Origin: Zygnema circumcarinatum SAG 698-1b
Lineage: Eukaryota > Plantae > Zygnematophyceae
Direction: 5' to 3'
Assembly: GCA_037447605.1 (NCBI GenBank)
Contig: CM074804.1
Span: 3,010,252-3,074,251, forward strand
DNA: 64,000 bases
Part shown: piece by piece, positions 9,956-20,200 of the stretch
Numbering within the stretch: position 1 is the stretch's first letter
Layout of the letters: every line of letters begins with the position of its first letter
Position numbers and translations under genes: made by a program
Notes under the pieces: generated by a model
Databases searched by the model: none
What the model saw: the letters and a program-made list of their open reading frames with translations, nothing else
What the model was told of the DNA's origin: nothing

Positions 9956-12900
9956 ATGCCACGCGATCGATGACAGCCGTCGATTGCGCCGCGCTGCCTC
10001 TGACAGGCCGCGGTCCCTACGCCGCGGGAGGGAGGCACAGCGGAAATGGCTGCCACCGCGGCAGAAACTGGGAGCTTAAGTACGGATTCTTCATTCAGAC
10101 TGCAAGCAGGACTGGTCTCAGTATAAGGATCGGAATGAGTAGTTTGCTAACCTGCGGAAATTCAAATTTTCTTTTTTGTCGGTGCACTGATCGATGGGCG
10201 AATTTAAAATTTCACATATTAATTTCAAGGTTGGCCCCAACAAATGACTGTCCGTACAGGGAACTGTCGGCTGCGATTTCCTCCTGCAAAGCTGTCAATC
10301 GGAGAGTGCCATGTTGTAAATTTTGGGGCCTGTCCGTACAGTGCCGACCCGGCTGCTTGTGGCGCTGATGACCCTTTTGAACGTTCGAACTGTCGTCAAT
10401 TTAAATCCTATAGGGGTGTCAGACTTAACACATCAATCAAATCAATTTCGCAAGCCTGTCGGGCGAATTTAAGCATTGGCTAGGTACGCATTTCGGTATG
10501 GCTGGGCCCGGCGGAGCCGGGAATCCCGACCCGGAATTCGTACACGAAACTTTGACTTTTAGTATACTAAATTCGGGAATTTAGTACGCTCCGGGCTAAC
10601 ACTGACCCCCCCCATAATTAGGGTCCCCATTTCGCATTCATTTCTCCCATTGCTTTTTGGACTTGACAACCAGCCCCGCCCGACTCCGATTTCGAGTTCA
10701 CGTCATGGCCCCGCTACTCATACGGAAAGCGGTTTTCGGGAGTCGGAAACCAGCCCGTGGGGGCTGTCTGAGGCCACGACGCAGGATGCGCCAGCGCCTG
10801 AGGGTGGGAAACCACGAGCGTGCATGGCCAACAAGCACGTGCGTGCAGCCCAATGCGCTAAAAGCAAGAGTCTTTGTAAGGACCAGCAGGATAATAATAA
10901 TTGACGGATGCCCAAAATTTTAGAAAAAAATGTATCAAAGAAATGCGCGTAGTTTTTTCAAAATCTACCGTCAAAGCTAGTAGTATAAAAATTTGGATGG
11001 GTTCCTGGACTCGTGCGAAATCACCCTGTCCAAAAATATGACTATCCTCCCATGACTGTTCTGCAGCAAGATCCAGTATTGCTTCAGCAGCTTCGTGTGT
11101 ACGTACATATACCTCGACATGCATGCAAGCATACAAGATTACATACACAGCCGCGCTAATTGGTACAGGTCAAATTTGAAGTTCATACTGGAACTATTAA
11201 GTCTGTCTCCCCATAATCACTCAATTCAAGATTGGAAGAAACTAAAGAAAGGGAAGGTTACAAAGCGGGGCTCTACTGCTCTGCGAAACCATCTTCCTCT
11301 CCCTCTCCCGCTCCCTCCCTTTGGAGCTCCTCCCGCTCCCCCTCCCGCATGGCCGCCACGAAGACATTCCCGGATTCGCAGCATCCTGCAAGAAGGTCAG
11401 ATGATGAAGCCTGCCCCCCCCCCCCACCCAATTCACCATCATGGCGAGAAGGCCCAAACATACGCTCACGTCACATACACTCAGCCCCATCCATTACAAA
11501 ACACGCCCCGCACCCTCTCCTCCAATCTCTCCCTCCCCCTCTCCTCCCCCCCCCCCCCCCNNNNNNNNNNATGCCACGCGATCGATGACAGCCGTCGATT
11601 GCGCCGCGCTGCCTCTGACAGGCCGCGGTCCCTACGCCGCGGGAGGGAGGCACAGCGGAAATGGCTGCCACCGCGGCAGAAACTGGGAGCTTAAGTACGG
11701 ATTCTTCATTCAGACTGCAAGCAGGACTGGTCTCAGTATAAGGATCGGAATGAGTAGTTTGCTAACCTGCGGAAATTCAAATTTTCTTTTTTGTCGGTGC
11801 ACTGATCGATGGGCGAATTTAAAATTTCACATATTAATTTCAAGGTTGGCCCCAACAAATGACTGTCCGTACAGGGAACTGTCGGCTGCGATTTCCTCCT
11901 GCAAAGCTGTCAATCGGAGAGTGCCATGTTGTAAATTTTGGGGCCTGTCCGTACAGTGCCGACCCGGCTGCTTGTGGCGCTGATGACCCTTTTGAACGTT
12001 CGAACTGTCGTCAATTTAAATCCTATAGGGGTGTCAGACTTAACACATCAATCAAATCAATTTCGCAAGCCTGTCGGGCGAATTTAAGCATTGGCTAGGT
12101 ACGCATTTCGGTATGGCTGGGCCCGGCGGAGCCGGGAATCCCGACCCGGAATTCGTACACGAAACTTTGACTTTTAGTATACTAAATTCGGGAATTTAGT
12201 ACGCTCCGGGCTAACACTGACCCCCCCCATAATTAGGGTCCCCATTTCGCATTCATTTCTCCCATTGCTTTTTGGACTTGACAACCAGCCCCGCCCGACT
12301 CCGATTTCGAGTTCACGTCATGGCCCCGCTACTCATACGGAAAGCGGTTTTCGGGAGTCGGAAACCAGCCCGTGGGGGCTGTCTGAGGCCACGACGCAGG
12401 ATGCGCCAGCGCCTGAGGGTGGGAAACCACGAGCGTGCATGGCCAACAAGCACGTGCGTGCAGCCCAATGCGCTAAAAGCAAGAGTCTTTGTAAGGACCA
12501 GCAGGATAATAATAATTGACGGATGCCCAAAATTTTAGAAAAAAATGTATCAAAGAAATGCGCGTAGTTTTTTCAAAATCTACCGTCAAAGCTAGTAGTA
12601 TAAAAATTTGGATGGGTTCCTGGACTCGTGCGAAATCACCCTGTCCAAAAATATGACTATCCTCCCATGACTGTTCTGCAGCAAGATCCAGTATTGCTTC
12701 AGCAGCTTCGTGTGTACGTACATATACCTCGACATGCATGCAAGCATACAAGATTACATACACAGCCGCGCTAATTGGTACAGGTCAAATTTGAAGTTCA
12801 TACTGGAACTATTAAGTCTGTCTCCCCATAATCACTCAATTCAAGATTGGAAGAAACTAAAGAAAGGGAAGGTTACAAAGCGGGGCTCTACTGCTCTGCG

Positions 12901-13023
12901 AAACCATCTTCCTCTCCCTCTCCCGCTCCCTCCCTTTGGAGCTCCTCCCGCTCCCCCTCCCGCATGGCCGCCACGAAGACATTCCCGGATTCGCAGCATC
13001 CTGCAAGAAGGTCAGATGATGAA
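9956..13023 (+). repeat. Exact 1453-bp tandem duplication (9956..11408 = 11571..13023), probably an assembly artefact
   Basis: Identical ORF translations at a fixed 1615-bp offset (10244/11859, 10650/12265, 10858/12473). Copy 2 is bounded on both sides by 10-N gaps (11561..11570, 13024..13033) next to poly-C. Confidence 0.9.
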
Positions 13024-16000
13024 NNNNNNNNNNCCCCCCCCCCCCCCCCCCTCACCCTCCTCTCTCTCTCTAGCCCCTTCAGTCGCTCACCTTCGCCACA
13101 CCGCACCATCTGGAATCTCCTCGAAAAGAAAACAACCGCCCTTCACCTCCGCGAGTTCCTTCTTTGTCCCACCTCCCACACACCACCTGCATTCAACAAC
13201 ACTGAGTTCAAGCTTAAAAAAGAGGGTTTTGGGGGGTGGGGGGGAGGGGGGGAGAGGTGAAGAGAAAGACTGCAAACATCAAAGAAAAGAAAGACCTGAC
13301 CTCATAATCAAGTCCGCTAATGTACGCCATTGAGGGGTTGATGGAGGAAAAGGAGAGTCCTGTTATCTGCATGGCCCAAAAAGGTAAAAATTCTCATCTA
13401 ACTAATTAAAAGGCAGATGAGTCATGTACATCTTCTTCTGCAAAGTGATCATCCTTCATGCTACTCTCTAAACATCAGCGGATCCACTCCCGCTCACTCC
13501 CGCATGCACTCTCTGCACCTAACAAGAAACACAAAAACACATACACACATTCCGCTTCACTTATCAGAAATCTCCTTGTTCCTCGTTGATTACTTCCTCC
13601 CCCCCTCCTCACCTCATGCTTCAAGCATCCCACCCATCGTGACCTCACTCTCCACCTGCATCACAAAAGCATCCCTCCCTCAAATTTTCAGTAGAAGAAC
13701 ATACTATCTACCTAACGAATAAAAGCCCCCGCTCACACAAGCAATGCTCCATTCCGCCCTCCTCTCTCAGAAGCAAATCTTCGGCCTCCGCCCTCCCACC
13801 TGAGAGCGTCATAGACTGCCAGAACCCTCTCCGCTCCGCCCACTCCCACCAGTCCTGTTGAATTCTCCTGGGCACATGCCACGGCATAGAGAGGCTCTCC
13901 CCCAGGTGCTGGCAACAGACGCTCCATGCAGCCTCCTCTCTCCCCCGCTCTCATATCCCATATGGAAACCTGAGTTGCTCTCCCACACCGACTTGAAGGT
14001 AATAAGGGAGAGTCCTCATCAAGGTTCATAACGAGAGTATACCTATAAGTATCAACTTGATATAACGGAAAGTCACAGCAGGCAGAGAAGTTTCCTTCTA
14101 AATGTGGTCTCCTCTTGTTCCAAATGAGTTAATACTTGAAGAGTGGGATGGGAAGAGAGTGAAGGGGGGGCACCAGCGCTCCCTCCACTACCACAAGCGC
14201 TCTTTGAGGATATGTGAGAAAAGTGAGGGCAGAAGGAGGCTGCAATCTGCACGTGGAGACACAACGGAATTGAAACTTTAACTTTGCGCATGTGAATGCG
14301 ACACAGTCGCAGATGAAGTTAGGAGATGAAGAGCTCTAGAAAATTAAAAAAAAAACTGAAACCCTAATTTTGCAGGACTTGGGAGGTGGAGCAGGACTTG
14401 CGTTGGCAGAGTGCGCAGAGGTCGACCTCCATCATAGAGATCAATAGATTTCGAAAAAAAACGAGCCGTTGCCACCTGGAAAATAAGAAAAACGTAGCGC
14501 CCTTATGTCATTCAACAGCTGAAACGAAAAAGCCTCTGCCCTTTAATCAAGGCCTTGCCTTTGCATGCAGCACTTTATCAAATGAGCACTTTGTGGTGAT
14601 GCATGTCTTAATCTCTCTGCCAATCGGAAGAGAACAGGCTGCACCAGTGAAGGCTCGCCTGGGGCAAACGCTACTCCCGCCCAACCTCCCTCTCCCGCGC
14701 AGATGGGAGGCTCGCCTCTCCACTCCTGCTCCGCTCTCACGCTGCCATCTATCCAACCCTCCACTCCTCCCTCAGAAAAGGCTCATTAGAAAGGATCTGA
14801 ATAATCTCTTCACTCCCACTCTTCTCTCCCCACTCCCTACCCTCCTCCGCCCCCACCATTTTCTTCCCTCTCTTGCCTTTTAACTTTTTCCTTTTTTGAC
14901 AGGGTTCATCTGTTGTTGACTAACCTGCAACGTCAGTGGTAACGGAGGCCACCATAAGTTTTCCGAAAGAGTCAACAGAGCCTAGGAGTGTGGGTCCCTC
15001 TGCATTGACAATCCCGTTATGGGCTTAGAATTTAAGTAATGCCGCTGCGCGTCTACTGAGGAGAAAGAAAAGAAGGAGAATGTAAGATAGACATAAAAAC
15101 GAAAAGTCTCGTGATAAAGAAAGCTAGGGGGGGGGTGGCGAGAGAGAGAGAAAGAAATATCGTGCGAGAGAGAGACAGAGAGAGAGCGAGAGAGAGACAA
15201 AAGGGCTAACCTGCAGTTGCTGCTATGTCAATGGCTTGAATCTCATGTCGGTGAGTCGGAAGGTCCAGCCGGGTCGTTACTGCGCCCTTTCTCCACAGCG
15301 TGCAGCAAGTTCTATAATACATAATAAAATAATGATTCAATAATAAATATAGTACATATTCGATCGCTAAACTTAATGAACAAACAAAGCGTACCGCTTC
15401 AAGTTTACCTCGGCCTCAGCTGGAAACCAAGCTCGAACTGACCCTCCGCAAAACCGAAGGAGATAACGACGATGTCTACACTTGATAGAAAGCGCGGGAG
15501 AATCTTGTGCATGCAATGAGCTGATTGCGATCGGGATAGATGAAGTAAGATAAGGAGTGAGCCAGGGTTCAGGATTCAAGCGTTCGAGCGTTTTAAGGTT
15601 TAAGGTTTCGGATCTTAGGGTTTAGAGTTTAGGATTTTAGAGTTTTAGGGTTCTTAACATTTAAGGATGACTGTTTCAAGGGTAGAATTTTGAGTTAAAA
15701 AGTAAGCTCTAAACTCTAGACTCTAAAACTCTTAATCCTAAGCCCCTAAATCCTAGAGCATAAACCCTAGACGCAGGGCCTCACCTGCACCTCCATAGGG
15801 ACCAGCATGCTGGCCTTCCCCTCCTGCACTTCTGCTGACTCCATTGGTACCTACGCAAAATGAATTACAAACAAGAAATAGAATCAATATATACAGCAAT
15901 AGACAAGAAAGCAAAAGAAATTTCAATAAAACAACGCGATGAATGCACTAGCGAATGCATGCCTCACACAATTACCAAAATCGCAAGAGGGCATGAGATG

Positions 16001-16050
16001 GGTGCCAAACGACCATGCACGGAAGAGCAACAATAACATTGAGTGAAAAG

Positions 16051-16085
<35 letters not shown>

Positions 16086-16095
16086 NNNNNNNNNN

Positions 16096-16134
<39 letters not shown>

Positions 16135-16614
16135 AATGTTGTCATGTAATTACAACATGTATACATGTACATGTATAACATGTATAAACCAACCATGCTT
16201 TAAACCAGGATGTATAAAATCCAGGAAAAAATAGCAAGAACAAGAGATTTAAAATCCACCATGGCTCACCTTCACGTGATACAAATGTGGCCCCGATGCC
16301 ACGAACACAGCTGCTGCATGGTCATGCATGTCCGTAACCTGCATACCCATGCACAGGCACGCACCTGCCTGCTGGTCTCAAGCTTTATAAAGCACGCAAA
16401 CCGCATTCGGAACTCAAAAAAACTCCTAATTACGTAATGTATGACGAGGGTCAGGGTTCCTAAGGTTTTAAGAAAAATGCCGAGTCCTCACAGCCGTTCT
16501 GCGGCCCTGTACGGTTCCCGGCGACGGCCCCCTCAGACCGAAGGCCACGGCTGCCCTGCTAATGCCACGTGGCACGGGAACGGGGCCCACGCCCGCGCAC
16601 CTACCGGGAGCCAT
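11273..16614 (-). CDS. Plant WD40/beta-propeller protein, at least 12 exons; first exon uncertain
   Basis: Exons complement(16270..16338, 15785..15850, 15211..15286, 14925..14999, 14645..14748, 14402..14475, 14174..14246, 13800..13969, 13613..13655, 13301..13366, 13091..13186, 11273..11410, the last duplicated at 12888..13023) keep frame. Peptides HRHEIQAI, LLGSVDSFGKL, GEGGWAGVAF, SKSIDLYD, VSIWDMR, VGGAERVLAVYD, ITGLSFSS, SFRGDSRW resemble a conserved plant WD40 family. Candidate first exon 16492..16614 (gccATGG) is weakly supported. Confidence 0.8.
15591..15770. repeat. Degenerate TTTAGGG-like heptamer arrays in inverted orientation inside a WD40 intron
   Basis: TTTAAGG/TTAGGG/TTTAGAG units at 15591..15652 face CTCTAAA/CCCTAAA/CCCTAGA units at 15704..15770. 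Confidence 0.7.
16051..16132. repeat. Long poly-A tract interrupted by a 10-N gap (16086..16095)
   Basis: More than 30 A on each side of the gap, inside a WD40 intron. Confidence 0.9.
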
Positions 16615-16690
16615 GGCGGGAGGAGGAGGAGGTGGTGGTGCAGGAGCATGAGATCGCGCTCACCACGTGGTTTCCTACGGCACGCACCGC

Positions 16691-16788
16691 CATGCATGAT
16701 GATGGACCATGGCATGATGAGCCACGCATGGTGATGGGCCATGGCATGGGCCATGCATGATGATGTCCCATGGCATGGGCCATGCATG
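16691..16788. promoter_or_regulatory. CATG-rich array with three CATGCATG (RY-type) motifs in the WD40/C2 divergent intergenic region
   Basis: 13 CATG in 98 bp. CATGCATG at 16691, 16752 and 16781. Unit CCATGGCATGGGCCATGCATG at 16739 and 16768. Confidence 0.5.
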
Positions 16789-17243
16789 GCCACGCAGGAG
16801 GGTGCGCCGTGAGGTGGGCGTTTCCATGCGACAAATCGCAGTGCCGATGCGAATCAAACGAGCTGTTCAACTGCGACAGGCGATTTGCTTCGCCGTTCCA
16901 GTTCCCGTATAAATCGGGTTACTGTATCAATGTAGCGTATCGTATCGTGCGTATCGTATCGTATGGATGGTATCGAAATCCCGTTGGGAGGGTCGTCGGC
17001 AGAGACTGGTCACCAGTTCGGTGTGGGGAAGGCCGAGGACAGACTGGACTTGGGCCTAAAGGGACGGAGCAGGGCCATGGCCATGGCTATGTCTCGGAGC
17101 ATCTTGCAGTGCAGAGGGTCGGGGCCTGAAAGGAGGCCCATGAAGAAGCAGTCCGCGAGGGCCAGGGCGAGGGCGAGGGTGAGGGTGAGGATTTGCAAAG
17201 GCGTACTTTTCGGGAGGTGTCGGCTGTATGGCGCGGCTGCGTG

Positions 17244-20200
17244 ATGCAGGAGGCTTGTCAGCAAGGAGGCGGAAAGCAGGGAGGGGAGCAGGCCATTCAT
17301 AGCTCGCAAGGAAATGGAAAAAATCTTCAGGAGGGCTTGGATGGGCGGATTTTGAGGCAGGCAGCCATGGCTGCAGCAGCTGATACTGGAATGCAGCGTC
17401 CACGGTGGAGAGAGGAGTTTGCTATTGCCTGGAAGTGGCAGCAGCGGGCTCAGTCTACGATAGGAGGACTGCTGCAGGGTGTGTGGGAGTGGCCTATGGC
17501 GGTGCACTGCAGCTTCGTTGTTGCAGGTTGCTGGATGGCCGGCAAGGATGGCTGGAGCTTGCCGTTCGTGTTCATGCTGTCGATGTTTTATCTCTGGGAG
17601 GTAAGCCGGGGCCTTATCTGAGACGTTTGCAGTTTTCTGTAACACCTATGAGGTTACTTTGGTGGGAGAGAGTGTGTCAAGAGGGATACAGACAGAATGA
17701 CCAATTCATTGATGTGTTGGAACTTTTTTCCTTCCCATAAACGGATAAGGTTGGTTCTCGAATTATTGTGTTTAGTTCATTTGATTGCGTTGTCCAAGAG
17801 GTTGGGAGCTAGTTTGTGCCAGTTTATGGTGAGAATTCATTTTTCAAGATGTTGAAATGAGAGAGTCGTTGCGTGCTCTGTTAATTCAGGAGCGTATTTG
17901 AGGCTCAACTTCTGCTGCTTACTGTCTGCTTAATCCTACCGAAGAAAACAAATATTGCTGTTCCTGCAGGTTTACCAGAGGAAAGGTGATGTTTTGTTGA
18001 AGTAATCATATGCCCGCTAAATGTGTACTTAATGTTGAACTGAAATCGGGAAGAAATGACCCGTATTGTTTCCATTCCCTGTACCCTTAGTGACGGGTGC
18101 CAATCCTGAATAAAAGGTTTCTTACTTTACGTTGTGCTTGCAGATTGCCAAGCGGCAAAGGATTCGGATGATTCATCGCATTCGACATGAAGAGCGCAAA
18201 GCTGCCAGCCGAAGGAAGCCAATGTCAGAGAGTGAAACTGTTCGGTGGCTCAATACGGTCACGGAGCGGATGTGGCCAACATGGCTGGAGCACTTTTTGT
18301 CACAGGAGGTTCTGCCATCTTTGGCGCCATGGTTCTTTGACAAGTACAGGCCGTGGCAACTGGTATGTGCAGCAGATGAAATTGCACGATTAGTTTTTGA
18401 CAATAAATTTTAACGGGTATGTTGTGGACATTTTGGTTTGTGGACCCTCTCTACTCAAGTGGCATCTCGAGTCAGTCCTGCAATCTCAGGCATGGTACTG
18501 AATGTGAAATTAATGTCACTGGAATCATATCAGCATGCAACATATTGACGGAAGTTTTCAATTTGCGGTTTGGCTGGAGCAGAAGCAGGCAGTGTTGCAG
18601 CGTCTTTATCTCGGTAGTGCGGGGCCTCTACTTGCCACAGCGCGAATTGTGCCGACTCACGGCTATGATGACCACGTGGTGAGATTCTTGAGCACAAAAA
18701 AAGTGGTAGTCATGGAGTAAGCCTTAGTTGTAGCACCCTTAGGTTCTTGCAATTGAATTTTGTGATTTATCAGTGAATGGAAGGGAGGGCTGCCATCCCT
18801 TCGCCTTCATGACTTCCTGCTCCTGTTAACTATAACCTACTAGATATATAAACGTCTAGGGGCGGCCCTGCTGCATAGCATTTGCAAGTTTGAGGAATTC
18901 GTGCTGTCGTCCACGCGTAGTTGATCGTTGAAGCCAGCCTGAGAAATTAATTTACGGTAGAATGTCCATGACGTTTGGGTTTCGTATATCTTATTTTTGT
19001 CATAAGCCTTTAGTCTATCCTTGTCCGTGAACATATTGCAGAGTATTTGGAGCTCTTCTGCACATGCGATGTAAATATACAACTGCTTTAACAAACTATG
19101 ACGAATGCACATCAACTATGAATATCATCGGATTTGACGGACCATATTGATCATGGGAACACTACATGTATAGATATTATCAGATTGAAAAAAATCATCA
19201 GTTGGTATTGTCAAGGGATCTTTTTTCTGTTGCTTTTTAAAACGGATACGGTATTGACACCTGCAGGTCTTGGAGATGGCAGGGGAGTTTGTGGCCTCCC
19301 CAGATATGTATGCTGTAATTGCTGGACAGCCTCTGCGGCGTTTTGGCCTCGGATTGTGGGGGACCTGCCATGTCTCTAATCTCATCATTGAAGGCAAGGT
19401 AAGAGAGGAAAAACTGCTTCTGAGAGGAGGTCGATGCGCGTGACCGCCTAATTCTGAGTCTGCCGATCATTCAGAACATTGAACATGCTATTGTATTGTT
19501 TGTTTTTGCCTATCATTCGCATGTGTTGATTTGCTCGCTCTTCGAATGCATGTCGTACTATCTGAGTTTTGACTACTGTTATCGGGAGGGAGGGGACGGT
19601 CATGCCAGGTCCTTGTAGGCATGAAGTTCCTTCCTGGCTGGCCCTATGTTAGCAGGCTAAGGCTCTCCTTTGCTGGAGCGCCATATGTGTCAGTTACAGT
19701 TCGTCCGATTATCAACTTCGGAATCGATATTGCGGAACTTCCAGGAATCTCTGGTTGGCTGGTGAGGCCCCAACGGTCTCCTCAGAATTCAACAACGCAA
19801 CTGAAGTTGAGATGAACAGTTTTGTTGGGGGGGCTGCATTCACATGCATGCTTAGGTATGTGAAACCACTGAGGAGCCAAAAACAAATTTCTCTCTCATA
19901 TGATCATCATTCGAATCTTGAGGGCTTGTCCTGCACCAAACAGGACAAGATGCTCGCTACAGCGCTGGAAAATTCTATGGTGGAGCCCAACATGCTGGTG
20001 GTGGACGTCCAGAAGCTCATAGCTCACTACATGCCCACTCCAGCAGGACCCCAGTCGTCAAGCGCTCCTGCCCATCCCAGTAAGGAATTCTACATACGAA
20101 CTGAAAGAAACTTGACAATTCTGAAGGCCCTAAAAAAATTAGAAACTCTGAAAGTCCTGGTGTTGTAACGAAGCAGGAAAGTGATGTGAAAGAGACAAGA

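Noticed and set aside
10858-11148. 96-aa minus-strand ORF (and its duplicate 12473..12763) as an extra WD40 exon
   Set aside because: It lies downstream of the WD40 stop at 11273, shows no recognisable similarity and has no phase-compatible donor.
17010-17645. 211-aa minus-strand ORF
   Set aside because: Antisense shadow of the C2-protein first exon; no independent motifs.
18840-19115. 91-aa antisense ORF in an AT-rich C2-gene intron
   Set aside because: No recognisable domain; upstream in-frame stops. It could be a TE scrap, but I cannot support that.
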